DNA from: Podarcis pityusensis
Lineage: Eukaryota
Reading direction: 5' to 3' (one strand)
DNA: 64,000 bases
NCBI GenBank assembly: GCA_964106645.2
Contig: OZ067045.1
The position numbers and the translations under genes are program-made. This document shows, piece after piece, positions 1 to 12,496 of the stretch. The notes beneath the pieces were generated by a model, which did not search any database, was not told the DNA's origin, and saw only the letters and a program-made list of their open reading frames with translations. How positions within the stretch are numbered: position 1 is the first letter of the stretch; every line of letters begins with the position of its first letter.

Positions 1-1264
1 AGGTTCTCAGGGCATCTTACAAACAAGGATATAAAAAAAAGCTTACATGAATCACACATTGCCCTTTCATTGGCACTGTTCATACTATTATTATTATTAT
101 TATTATTATTCAAGAGGCCTCTCATTTGGTTTTCAGAATCTACTATGATTTTTTTATTCATCCATCCAGGAGAAGCATTTCATGTGTAGTTCTCATTCAA
201 TTGGCTGGATTCCATTTATACAGGAGATCTTACTGGTGGATTGGGCCCCCTAAAACCCCTACTAGATGCAAGTGCTGCTGTCTGATGCTTCTTCCCCGCC
301 CCATTTTCTGCTGCTACATCTCATTGTTCTAATTTCTTAATTTCTTGAAATGGGAATAAATCACCGCATTTAACAGGAAATATAAGAAGGGGTGATGCAT
401 TTCAGGCATCAGTGGCGATTTGTTTTGCACAGACAGTGGACCTAATATAACCTGAGCTAAACAGATTATTTCTTCCTCGTTCTGTGGCACAGATAACCCC
501 ATGTGTTCAGAATTCTGATGGTGAGCTATTTATGGAGTGAATATAAATATACACAGAACAGTGTAACTCCAGGCCCTGAATGCAGACTGAGCTTGCTTGA
601 GTGCAGACAGAAGAGGTGCCCAGCAGTTCTGAGGACAACAAGACAGAGAAGCATTCTGACTCAGTTGCCCAGTGACAATGGATGTCTTCAGCCAGTAGGG
701 CACTTTGCATAGGACGACTCCATCCATTGATTTTGATGGCTGACTGAGGCTCTGTGCCCTTAAATCTCACCTGCCACCTCTCCACCTACCCCCTCATCAA
801 AGCTCACCTTCTTGCTAACAGAGGGCAATTTCACTCCCCTACTTGCCCCTTCCATCACCTCTCTCTCCTCTTCCTCCTCCATCTGTGGCTTCATCTCTTA
901 GTGATTTTGCAGAGGGGGAAGAAGTGCATCTAGGTTGCTAGGCAATGACCAAGATAGTTTGTATCCCATGGATCAAATAAGCACGGAGGTTTGCAGGGAA
1001 CGGGACGCAAAAGTTCATCTTCAGAAGAACCTTGGCTTTTTTTCATTTTTGTAAAGGAGCGTTTTCTAGTGTTTACAACAGCGAAGATAAACTAATGGAA
1101 ACCTCAAAGTGATGGCAGGGGAGATCTGAACAATGATGCTCCTTCAGATCCTTCAGATTGTTGGGAGCTTTAAAGGGCAATGGCAAAACCAGTACTCAGA
1201 ACTGAGGCTAGAATCTCACTGGGGTCCCAGGGAATGGTCCAAAGGCACATCAGGCTGCCAACTA

Positions 1265-1808
1265 ATGCATGGAGGAGTGGACTATTGATGGCTATTAGCC
1301 ATGATGGCTATGCTCTGACTCCACAGTTTGAGGCAGCAATGCTTCTTAACAGTGGCATAGCATGGGGAGGACTGGGGCAATTGCCCTGGTAACAAAATTC
1401 TTAGGGACACTAAATTTCATCACCCGACACAGCTGCATGATTCCAGCACTGGGCTCTGTTGAAAACGGCTTCTCCATGCGGACCAGAAAGTGACCTCTCC
1501 AGTCAACAGAACAACTCTTCTTTTCTTGTCTCTGCAGCTGCGATCTCATGGGTGACTCAAACTCCATAAAGCAGTTGAATGTGCATGTGTACTCCATCTG
1601 TTTCCCTCCCTCCCACACTCTCCGCCTTGCCCTGGGCCCTGGCAACCCACGCTATGCCACTGCTCCTGAATACCAGTTGCTGGAAAGCCCAGAAGCAGAG
1701 AGTGCTCTTGTGCTCAAGTCCTGCCTGAGGGCTTCCTATTGGAGCATTTGATTGGCCACTGTGAGAACAGGATGCTGTACTAGATCCAGCAGGCACTTCT
1801 TATATTTG
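1265..1808 (+). mobile_element. Old CR1 LINE 3' fragment split by a hAT MITE
   Basis: atggctattagccatgatggcta...gcttc[MITE]tgaataccagttgctgg...ggccactgtgagaacaggatgctg; the same family recurs at ~20.0, 27.2, 29.7 and 56.1 kb. Confidence 0.7.
1350..1662. mobile_element. Non-autonomous hAT element (MITE), 313 bp
   Basis: TIR CAGTGGCATAGC(A/G)TGGG matches 16/17; 8-bp TSD cttcttaa/ctcctgaa (6/8). Confidence 0.85.
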
Positions 1809-2419
1809 TAACTTGCTGAAGCCAAGCAGGTTTAAGTCAGGTCATTCCCAGTATGGGATACCTCCTGGGAACAACATGTACACTCCATATATTCCTTGAT
1901 AGAAGAAAGGTGGGATATAAATGTGAGAAAAGAAGGAATCAAAACTGGCAATCAGCAGAGTCCTGTGAAGTGTTATGTGGCAAATATCCTGCAAGACCAG
2001 CCCTAGATGAAGCACATTACATCGGTCTAATCTTGAGACCACAGGAGACAGGTATCACGGTAGCTGGATTCTTATTTCCCAGGAAAGAGAGCAGCTGCCA
2101 TACCAAATGAAATTGCAAAATGGCATCCCTGGCCACAGAGGCCACCTGAGCATCACAATGCAGAGCCAGGCCCAGCAGTAACTCACAACCTGCACACACA
2201 GTCCTGGAGTAGGGGAGGGGGGCACAATCCTCTACAAGCTTTGGATGAAGCGGCCCAGCCACCATGAATAATCCCAGGCTCCCTGGACTGAACTTAAGTC
2301 TTTTGGACCTCACCCAGCTTATTAGCAACTCATCACTGGTTCAGACTCCAAGGAACCGGAAAGCCTGATACATCCTACCAGTTGACAATGGACAACAGGA
2401 TTTTCCTTAATAGCCTCTG

Positions 2420-2640
2420 ATTTATGATTTATTCATTGATATTTCACCCTTCCCTCCAAGGAGCTCAAGATTTTTCCATCTCCCCCCACCCCACACTTTA
2501 TCCTCACAGCAACCTTTGTGGTAAGATGACAACTCTGTTTCTGCCTCTCTCTGTGTCCAAGCTTCATGGCTGCATGAGGTTTGAAACTGGGCCTCATCAC
2601 TCCTCATCTTCTGACACATAAACTACTATACCACACTGGT
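2420..2640 (-). mobile_element. Degenerate CORE/MIR-like SINE
   Basis: ttttatcctcacagcaacc...tttgaaactggg...actataccacactgg, the reverse complement of a tRNA head plus CORE. Confidence 0.55.
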
Positions 2641-3226
2641 CCAGCATGTACCGGAAAGACAATGTTCATAATTTTATTTGTATCCAGCCTTTCCACAAAA
2701 AGAATCATGCTCAAAGCAGTTTCCAACAAAGAAAAATCTCAAAATCAGCCATCGCCGGAACAATAGCACGTATATCAATAAACAAAGAAACCATCGTCTC
2801 AGTACTATAAATAAAATAAGATTCCATCAACAAAGTCCAACAGCAAAAATAACCAGAATTTCACCTTGGCCCTAAAAACGCCTCTCCTGTAATGTTGCTC
2901 ACTGTCAGGGGTGTCAACTTGAATATGGGGGGGGGGCATAATCAATCACAAGACATGATGCGCACACACCATTTGAATGGCAATGCCCATCAACTGAGGG
3001 GGGCTTCTCAAAAAAAAAAATGGGGGGTCTTGGTCCTTAGGAGTTGGCTGCTGTGTTCACTGACCCTTTCCTGCTGCAAGTTCTTATAAGGCTTCTGATG
3101 GTGGGGGTGGGGTAGCTAGAAACCCCTGAAAGGGTATTGCTCCTGGTCACCTTGTAGGACCAGGGTGAAGGCAGCCCTGGGTGCCTGCCTGCTGCAAGCA
3201 GAGTGAAGAGTGACTGGCTTTACTTG

Positions 3227-3523
3227 AAAAAGAAGAAGAGGAGGAGGAGGAGGAGGAGGAGGAGGAGGAGGAGGAGGAGGAGTTTGGATTTGATATCCCG
3301 CTTTATCAGTACCCTAAGGAGTCTCAAAGCAGCTAACATTCTCCTTTCCCTTCCTCCCCCACAAGAAACACTCTGTGAGGTGAGTGAGGCTGAGAGACTT
3401 CAGAGAAGTGTGACTGGCCCAAGGTCACCCAGCAGCTGCATGTGGAGGAGTGGAGACACAAACCCGGTTCCCCAGATTACAAGTCCACTGCTCTTAACCA
3501 CTACACCACTACACTACACTGGC
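3227..3523 (-). mobile_element. Squam2-type tRNA/CORE SINE with (CCT/CTT)n tail
   Basis: Minus strand head ...gtgtagtggttaagagc (A box), gggtttgtgtctcc (B-box region), CORE gggtgaccttgggc, then the tail microsatellite at 3227-3281. Confidence 0.85.
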
Positions 3524-5127
3524 CCCACACTGCCTTTGCCACGAGCTCCCCCTTCTCCTGCCCCACAACTCCTCAGCTGCCAAGAAGTAGAGGCCAGCAG
3601 TGGAGATGGCTTCGGTGCAAAAGTACTCCTGCTTAGAAATCCTTTTTCCTGCTTGGAAATGGCCCAGGGCAAGTCCCAGCATCCCTGGAAGAAATGGAAG
3701 AAGCCCACTCAAAGCAGATGCAGCCCCCCTTCTGACATCTGCCTCCCCCTTCCCTTGCTCAAGAGGTTATTTTTTAATATTTGGTATGGGGAAGGGGTGT
3801 CCTTTGAGGGATTTGTATGCAGCCATTTGAAATGCCCCTGCACCCACTGGCCGAAGCGCATCTTTAAAATAGAGAGATCTGTGGTCTAATGCAATCTTTT
3901 GCCACGGACATTTTTAGACATAACTTCACACATGTGCCGGGAAAACACAGCACATTTCACAAAAGGCGTTCTTTGAAGCTAACATAAGAAAGCCTTATGT
4001 CTTGGGTGAAGTGTCTAGAGTCCCGCAGAGAGTCATAAAACGAAAATAAAAAAAAACATTCAAAATGTGGGAGGATTATTTAGTAGCAGCAGAAGCAGCT
4101 CAGAATAGCCAGATCATTCACAATCTTCGCAGGTCTGTATAACCAAACCTAGCCGTGTATCATAAAACTGATGCTCAAGGAAAACCACCAGAGAGTCCAC
4201 AGGGTGGGGAATCACTCATTTGATAATGTGTCTGTATCTCAATCTCCCCACATGTGGGGAAATGGCACATTGGAGAAATCGGTCCATTAAACAGCAGTTC
4301 TGGCAAGGAGCACAGTGAAGCGATCTCTTTTTAATACCCTCTGACCTGTGGTCTCCCTTCTGAACAGCAAAAAAAATAATCTCCTGGCATCAAAGCAGAC
4401 GTCTGGGGTCAACTCCCCATGGAGGAAGGGGGAGAAGGTCGGGCCAGAAAGTGAACCAGACTCCGTTCCACCATCTTGACCTTAATGCATGCCACCTTCT
4501 TCTCCTTTTTTCTTCAGAAAAACAGGAACAAATCCATCCCTACGAATTGCATTTCTGATTGTCAGGCAAAGGGAGTTGAAGATGTTTACAAATCTGTGAA
4601 GGGTTTGTCAATGGAAGCACTTTTCTAGTAGAAATGAAGAGGAGGAGAAAGAGTCAACCACTTCAGAAAGAACGGTGGTAGTTTACACATCACTTAACAC
4701 AAATGCTTGGGAAAGCCTCTAATGCAGAGGGCAGGCAGGATCATTGCCTGCCTCCCTTTTCCCCCACCACACTCTCTGAGCCCCAACCAGGACACAGGGA
4801 CCCCTGCCCAAGGAAGAGCAGCAGGAGGAAAACCTTCCAGGAGCTTCTCTGTTATTTGCTGTGGCTTATGATGTGATGTTTTCAGATTCATAAATGTGAA
4901 AGTACACAGCAGGAAAGAACTGGAAAGTGCCAAGGGGCCTCTCCACACAATCCATTCACTGTGCTATAAATGTGCCCACATTTTTATTCTTAAAACATGT
5001 CTGGAATAAAATACATCACACACGTGTGAGAATAAATCTCATTATTCCCAAAGTCATATCCATTTGAAATAAGCACAGGCTTATGTTGAAAGCAGAAGGA
5101 AGCTGTTTTGGTCTGAGAGAAAGAGAA

Positions 5128-5129
<2 letters not shown>

Positions 5130-5175
<46 letters not shown>
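5130..5175. repeat. (GA)n microsatellite
   Basis: Direct inspection. Confidence 0.95.
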
Positions 5176-5179
<4 letters not shown>

Positions 5180-5230
5180 CAAACTCCAGAATTGGACATT
5201 ACCTTGACCAAGATCAACCCAAATGCTATA

Positions 5231-5448
5231 CAGTGGTACCTCGGATTAAGAACTTAATTTGTTCTGGAGGTCCATTCTTAACCAGAAACTGTTCTTAACC
5301 TGAGGTACCACTTTAGCGAATGGGGCCTCCCACTGTCACCGCCACGCGATTTCTGTTCTCATCCTGAAGCAAAGTTCTTAACACGAAGTACTATTTCTCG
5401 GTTAGCGGAGTCTGTAACCTGAAGTGTCTGTAACCCAAGGTACCACTG
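5231..5448. mobile_element. Tc1/mariner (Tigger-like) MITE
   Basis: TA|CAGTGGTACCT...AGGTACCACTG|TA; same family as 20415-20659. Confidence 0.85.
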
Positions 5449-6919
5449 TAATAACATCAGAAAGGCCCACAAGATCCAGCCAAAGGGGGCCCATCCAGTC
5501 TGGCATCCTATTCTTAGGTCCCTGTGGGAAGCCCACTACCTAATTGTGATTCCTGGCAACTGGCAAAAAGTAGCTGGCAAGCTTTCGAGAGCATCAGGTT
5601 GAATGTTAAGCAAAGTCTGAGTAATCTAGCTTGCTGCTGAATGCATCGAAGACATAATGCAGAGTTGATGACTATTAACTTCAAACCAGCTCTGTCTCTT
5701 TCCTCTTTTTGCTTAATCTCCAACCCTCTGAAACTTTCTCCCCATTCTGTGACATTTTGGGTGGTCCAAGTAACAGTATGGCTCAATGATGGATTTGGGG
5801 ATGGGCTGCACTGGACACCATTAGACCGTGTAGTGCTTGAAGAGCCATTGCCAGACAGGTGGCCCAATTCTCTGACTCATTAGAAGGCAGTTTCCTGCAC
5901 TAGCAAATCTGTGCTTTGTGGAGCCACTGCACATTCTGAAGTCTGGAGAGGGTTGGTCTTCCGGGGTGTTGCAAAGATTTTCCTGGCAGCAGCCAGCAGA
6001 TAAAGAAGAGGATGATGATGATGATTACATAATTAAAGAGACATCTGATTAATTGCAAATGCATAGTTGTGGTATTGCAATTTTCCAGTAGCTGGGGGGG
6101 GGGGGGGTTTGAGAGACTGAAGAAGCATATACACCCCCAAACACTTTCCAAGAGGGACCCTGAGTTAGCCAACAAGAGCAATTCTTCTACCTGCTTCCTC
6201 CATCCCACAGCAGCAACATCTCATCGAATACAAAACCTTTGATTTAGAGTCATTTTGTTCTCATCTTCTTAGCCCACTGAGATTTGCCTGAAAAGAAACC
6301 TGCAGGTCACACCTCCGAAAATTCCTATTCAGATGTACAAGAGCATTTTGGGGTGCCTTTTCCACCCCAACCTCCACTACTATCAGTGTGAATGCAGTAC
6401 AATACTATCCTACATGCATTTAACTTGCAATATTTCAACCATACGTGGTTGGAGGTGAGTTGGTTGAAATTGTGGAAGTTAAATCCAAGCAAGGCAGAGG
6501 GCTTAAAAAACCCCTTTGGTGCCCAGTCTGCTTTTGGTTACCTGGCCCAGAAAGAGCTTTTATGTTCTCTGCCTTGCTTCGAAAGGAGCAAGACCTACTA
6601 AGCACACCAGTTCTGGGACGTTATTGAGATCTTGCAAGGTAATCTGAGCTTGCACAAAGATTCAAAGCCTTCCAGAGCTGGTGCAATGAATGCACCTAGT
6701 CCACAAAGCAAGGCAGAGAGCTTAAAAGGTATTTTTGCACCAGGTCTGCTTACATTACTCAACACAAGAAGAGCTTTTCAAGCTCTCCACCTTGCTTGCT
6801 GGGCAAGGCCCGCTTGGCACATGAACTCTGTAGTTGCTAGGGATTCTCTCCCTCTCTATCTCCACTTCCTCACCCACTAGCTGTGGGGCAGCTCCAAGGG
6901 TTTGGGTATACACAATTTT

Positions 6920-7248
6920 TGTGTATAGCATGGGGGGGACAGAGGTGGTTGCCCCAGATGCAAAACTGTTAGGCGGCACAAAATTTCAATACCCAGTGCT
7001 GCCTCAATAAAGCTGTGCGTTTCCATCACTGGGCTCTGTTGAGAAAACAGTTTCTCCATGTGAACCAAGAAGTGATCTCTCCAGACAACAGAATGACTCT
7101 TCTTTTCTTATCTCTGCAGGCGCAATCTCCTGGGTGATGCAGATGCTGTTGGGCAGTTGAATGTGCATGCATACTCCATTTGTTTCCTTCCCTCCCACTA
7201 CCCCCCTTTGTGTGGCCCTGGGCACTGGCAACCCACGCTGCGCCACTG
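6920..7248. mobile_element. Second copy of the 1350-1662 hAT MITE family
   Basis: Colinear similarity (cactgggctctgttga..., gcagttgaatgtgcatg, ggcaacccacgctgcgccactg); left TIR is decayed. Confidence 0.8.
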
Positions 7249-7691
7249 TACATGGACCCCTTGGAACCAAATCCCCATGTAAGATGTGATTGTACCATAC
7301 ATAACACTCCCAACTGTCAGTTCATAGTAGCCAAGCATTGCATCCTGTACCTTCCACTGCTCTGTATCCAGAATAAAATAATGAAATTTTAGGGCTGCAT
7401 ATTGCACAGGACTTGTCCCACCACCAGATGCACATGGCAGAATTATGCCCAGAGTTATTCTCTCTGAAGCAGAAGGCCACACAAGCTCTATAGGCAACTG
7501 CAAGCAAGACAGAAAACCTAAATTCTGGAGAACTTGGTGCCAAGGAGAGACCGCCGGCTCCCGGTGAACGCCAGCTGGAGATTAATAGCCCAATATTTCA
7601 GCCGCCGAGGCCATCATCCTTTCTGGGTCACCTGATTAAGCAACTGTGGGGCAGTGTTCCCTATTATAGCACACCACCAAAAGCATTATGT

Positions 7692-7706
7692 CTTTGTTAT
7701 GCTAAT
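7692..7706 (+). promoter_or_regulatory. Canonical SOX:POU composite element
   Basis: CTTTGTTATGCTAAT: SOX half CTTTGTT directly adjacent to octamer-like ATGCTAAT. Confidence 0.45.
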
Positions 7707-8869
7707 GCCACAGCGCCGTACAATTTAAATAGCACTTCCAGAAAAATTAAGTATGTTCATTGACACAGCGAAATGTTTTCACCCTCCATGTAACCTTCAC
7801 AGTTTCTGTACAAAATCTATCAGTCAGTAAACTATTCATCTGTGAATGCTTACCAATTATTATGCTAATGCTTTACAATACGTTACTGCCGATTCTCTCT
7901 AAACGCCACGAAATGCCGCCGTCTGGCAATACCTCACCCATATTATAGCCCTATCAATAAACAACACAACAATATTTGCAACTGGAGTTTCAGCTGCAGA
8001 AACGGAACAATGTATATTCTCCCCCCCCCCTCCTTATTAGCACTACAATTTAATGTTGTGAAGAAGAAAAAGAAGAAGCAAAATTATACGCAGAAAGAAA
8101 TGAATTCCAGACCCGAGCGGAAACCATCTGCTTAGTTTCGTTTTGCTTTAGTTACTTTAGAAAATGACTTGATGCCCCCACCCCATGATGACAGATTCCG
8201 TGATTTTTCCCCCCTTCCAAGTCATTGGTGATAGAAGGAAGCTTGCTAAAGCCCACAAGACCAGTTGCCAAAGCCCACCTCCCTGAGCCACCCAGAAGGG
8301 AGAGCGCAGGGAAGCCCCCATAGCCCAGAAGCAAAGGAGCCAAGAATCCCTCGGTTTATAGAGGATGATCCCCAGCTGAGTTGAATTCTGAGAGGATGTG
8401 GGAAAGGCCTCTCCAGAAGCTTTAAATCAGGTGGCTGAGCTTAGACAGCTGCTTTTTGCAACCAAAGCTCAAGAACAGACTTGAGGTGCGCAGAGCTGCG
8501 AGAGGGAGCACACAGTTCCTGGAGTCTTAAAGGCCAGCTGTGTGGTGTGTGTGCTTTTCCATAGCATTTCTACTCTGGGATGAGAGTCCAAGACTTGGGA
8601 AAACAAAACGCAAAGAAAGAGTCTTGATTCCTGTACAATTTGCTTCATGCTACAACGAAAGGTCTTTTGAAAGTGAACATTTTGGCACACACACAAAATG
8701 GAACGCACAAAAACGTGCATCTGATTCAATATTTTCTCATATTTGTTGAAAAATTAGCATTTGGGATCTCCCAGCTAAATGGAGGACACCATTTATCACT
8801 ATTTATATATTGCATTTACACCCTACCCTTCCTCCCAAGGAGCTTAAGGTGGCATGCATGGTTCTCCCC

Positions 8870-9060
8870 CTGTAGAAGAATGGTTGAAGGAGTTGGGGAT
8901 GCTTAGCCTGGAGAAGAGAAGACGGAGAGGTGAAATGATGACCACCTTCAAATATCTGAAGGGTTGTCATGTGGAAGACGGAGCAGGCTTGTTTCTGCTG
9001 CTCCAGAGAGGAGGACCCGAACCAATGGATTCAAATCGCAAGAAAGGAGATTCTGACTAA
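8870..9060 (+). mobile_element. CR1 RT C-terminal fragment
   Basis: Encodes LKELGMLSLEKRRRRGEMMTTFKYLKGCH. Confidence 0.8.
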
Positions 9061-9713
9061 ATGTCATATCCTGCAAAATTCTTACCTCTGGATCCAGGAC
9101 CTCATGTCAGGAGCGGAAGCATCAGGAAGGAGCAGCGGCAGCACCATGCTGTTGCTCCACTGGTCTCTGGCACACCAGGGAACTATGGAGGCCGCTTCCT
9201 CAGTGCCAGCCCAGCACCACCAGGCTGCAGCTCCACTCCTAGGTCAGGGGGTGGAAGTGGCAGAAAGCAGGAGAAGTGGTGGCGGTAGTGCCACACCTAT
9301 CCTCTCCTCTTCTCGGCTGGGCTCTGGCATGCAAGGGAGCTGCAGAGGCCACTTCCTTGGCACTGACCCAGTGCCACCAGACTGCAGCTCTACTCCTGGG
9401 TCAGGCACATGAAGAAGGTCCTCACTTAATGATCGCAGGGTCTGGGCAGGTTCACATGGAGAGAAGCGGTCCTTGAGGTGAGTCCTGAGCCATTTAAGGT
9501 CAGAACATGTCCGTATGTAGTAGTAGACAAACAGGATGGGAGAGGAGTTGACCAACCTTTCCTCTTTCACTTGGCAGTCAAGAGCAAGCCAGCTGCTCAG
9601 GTGCTGCGGCAACTGAAAGACATCTTCCACTTCCTTTGGGAGTGGGGGTGAGGGAAGCTGGCACTTAATCCCCCAGGGCATCATAGACATCTCCATTTGG
9701 AAAGACCCTGGAC

Positions 9714-9849
9714 CAGTGATGGCCAAACTTGGCCCTCCACCTTTTTCGGGACTACAATTCCCATCATCCCTGACCACTGGTCCTGTTAGCTAGGGGTGAT
9801 GGGAGTTGTAGCCCAAAAACAGCTGGAGGGCTAAGTTTGGCCATCACTG
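9714..9849. mobile_element. Palindromic hAT MITE, 136 bp
   Basis: Perfect 17-bp TIR CAGTGATGGCCAAACTT; TSD ccctggac/ccctagac; internal arms ctacaattcccatca / tgatgggagttgtag. Confidence 0.9.
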
Positions 9850-10055
9850 CCCTAGACTGACCAATCCAGTAGACTGGCAGCCTGCCCAAGTCACAGGCAC
9901 TGTTGATGATGTGGCAAAGTGTTGGGGTGCCATGTGGCCTGCTCTGCATCCCCTCAGCTTCCATGCTTCCCTCAGGTGGAGGACACTGACCTAGTGCCAG
10001 TGTTGAAGTCCAACATTTTTTCCTTCTATCCACTTTGCTCCTGCTCCTTTGCATA

Positions 10056-10058
<3 letters not shown>

Positions 10059-10116
<58 letters not shown>
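10059..10116. repeat. (TC)n(AC)n compound microsatellite
   Basis: Direct inspection. Confidence 0.95.
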
Positions 10117-10626
10117 TTTATTTTCAATTCTTCCCCAGAAGAACACAAGTGACAGAGGCGTCTCTTTTGGATTCCATTTTTTACTACTATTACTTCGAGG
10201 TTAATGTCTGTGAATTCACTTATTAGACTTCTAATGTTATAATGACTTCATTTAATAACGCTAATTATAGCTTGTGATTAATCCTGGCCACGGTTGAGGC
10301 TTAGAGGTACGTTCCAATAGGCTGCAGAAAACATAAACACATAAGGACACCCTTTTATTTACTGTATAATCCAGATAAACTGGATCCCAACGCCACACAA
10401 CACCCACCCAGCACACCAACTCCACACCCATTTCCAGAGAGGCAGACACAGGGAAGGGAGGCAGCCTCTTGACTGCAGCATGAGCCTCCCACCCTTACAG
10501 TTATGATACATTGCTCCTTTCATCTCAGCAGGTGGGAATGCAAAGACTTTGGGGGGAAATACTAGAGCCTCCCCCAGCCCCACGCACACACTGCTTCAGA
10601 GTCTAATTCAGTATTTCATGTTGCGC

Positions 10627-10900
10627 AGGGCTGGCCTAAGACATTCTGAGGCAAACCACAGAATCTTGTGAACCACTCTGAGATCTTGGTTGAAGGGTTT
10701 TATATACAACATCATCACTGCTGCCACCACCATCATCATAGTGCCCCTCTCCACCAGGGAAGAAGGGGTAAGAGAAGGTCTACATCAGGAACAAGGCAGG
10801 AATAAAGATCTACACTGGGATCAAGTAAGGAGTGAAGATCTACGCCAGGAACAAAGAGGGAATAAAGACCGACATCAAGAACAAGGGGAGGGGGAACAAA
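10627..10900. mobile_element. hAT-like element with internal 30-bp tandem repeat
   Basis: Begins cagggctggcctaagacatt (related ends at ~12295 and ~16426). Four ~30-bp units (aagatctac...) at ~10776-10890 are also present at ~16691-16770. Confidence 0.55.
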
Positions 10901-11288
10901 TCTACTTTACCCAACAGTTGTCATGGGGGGGGGGAAGGGACTGCTCTGAATCACACCACGCAGGTGGAAGACCCCAGGAGACCGCACTAGAGAACTAGCC
11001 AAAGAGTGAGGACAGGGAAGATCCTTGGAGAACGGTTTATAACTTTAACACCCCACCTCCACCACCTCATGGCCCTGTGATTGGAGAGGGTTGGGTGAGA
11101 TTCTAGCCCAAGATTGCAAACTGGAGCTGTCAATGAGCAAACTCCAGCTCCCCTCTTCTCCCCATGCTCCACACCCCAGTGTTTCCTTTACAGAGCATTG
11201 CTGACATTTGCTTTGCTTTTATCATTTTGGAAGCAAGCTGTCTGTCTTACATTGCAGTTGTTATTTTGACTCAAAGGCTGATGAGGAG

Positions 11289-11880
11289 AGAATCATAGAA
11301 TCATAGAATCATAGAGTTGGAAGAGACCACAAGGGCCATCGAGTCCAACCCCCTGCCAAGCAGGAAACACCATCAGAGCACTCCTGACATATGGTTGTCA
11401 AGCCTCTGCTTAAAGACCTCCAAAGAAGGAGACTCCACCACACTCCTTGGCAACAAATTACACTGTCGAACAGCTCTTACTGTCAGGAAGTTCTTCCTAA
11501 TGTTTAGGTGGAATCTTCTTTCTTGTAGTTTGGATCCATTGCTCCGTGTCCGCTTCTCTGGAGCAGCAGAAAACAACCTTTCTCCCTCCTCTATGTGACA
11601 TCCTTTTATATATTTGAACATGGCTATCATATCACCCCTTAACCTCCTCTTCTCCAGGCTAAACATACCCAGCTCCCTTAGCCGTTCCTCATAAGGCATC
11701 GTTTCCAGGCCTTTGACCATTTTGGTTGCCCTCCTCTGGACACGTTCCAGTTTGTCAGTGTCCTTCTTGAACTGTGGTGCCCAGAACTGGACACAGTACT
11801 CCAGGTGAGGTCTGACCAGAACAGAATACAGTGGCACTATTACTTCCCTTGATCTAGATGCTATACTCCTATTGATGCAG
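11289..11880 (-). mobile_element. Young 5'-truncated CR1 LINE
   Basis: Uninterrupted RT C-terminus (ORF 11373-11837: [15 protein letters not shown]...[12 protein letters not shown]) and a 3' octamer tail (ATTCTATG)n seen as (agaatcat)n. Confidence 0.95.
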
Positions 11881-12294
11881 GTTGAACTTCTGCTCTGAAT
11901 TCCTTGGTGGAGACCTTCGATTTGTATGGAATTGCATTTATGGTGTGATGAAGTTGTCTCAGTTTTGTCTTATTTATTCACCATTGCGCTTTCGATATGA
12001 TTATTATTGGAATGTTTGTTAATTTTGATTGGTACAATTATTACTGTGAACTGCTTTGAGCTTAACATTGTTGTTGGATAAGTGGATTACAAATACTAAA
12101 TCAAATTATACAGTGGACACCACATTTCAGCTGAGGATTGTGGCTGTTTTCATTATTATGCTGCTATTTATTTCTTTTGTAGGATTGGTTTCCTTTTATC
12201 TAGTAAGATGAATGCTGCAAATGCACTGGAAGAGCAATGTACAAGTTTTCTAAATAAATAAAACAAATGGATAACAGGTACTGCAAGGGTCAAC

Positions 12295-12496
12295 AAGGGC
12301 TGGCCCGAGACATTTTGTTGCCTGAGGCAGCAAACAAGATGGCCCCCTACCAGTCCACTTAGAGATCTCACTGCAATGAGGTAGCATCCTCTACCAGATC
12401 TGGAGGCAGCAGACTGACTCCTACCACCACTACCAGCACGGCATCTGCCAGCTGAGGCATCAGCCCCCCTCCGCCTAGTGGTTGGGCTGTCCCTGA
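12295..12496. mobile_element. hAT (Tip100-like) MITE
   Basis: Ends aagggctggccc / gggctgtccctg; flanks gggtcaac / aggtcaag (6/8). Confidence 0.55.

Noticed and set aside
1960-2371. Possible solo LTR ending ...cctgataca
   Set aside because: No convincing left terminus or TSD.
3203-3889. 228-aa ORF with poly-Arg
   Set aside because: Reads through a SINE and its (AGG)n tail.
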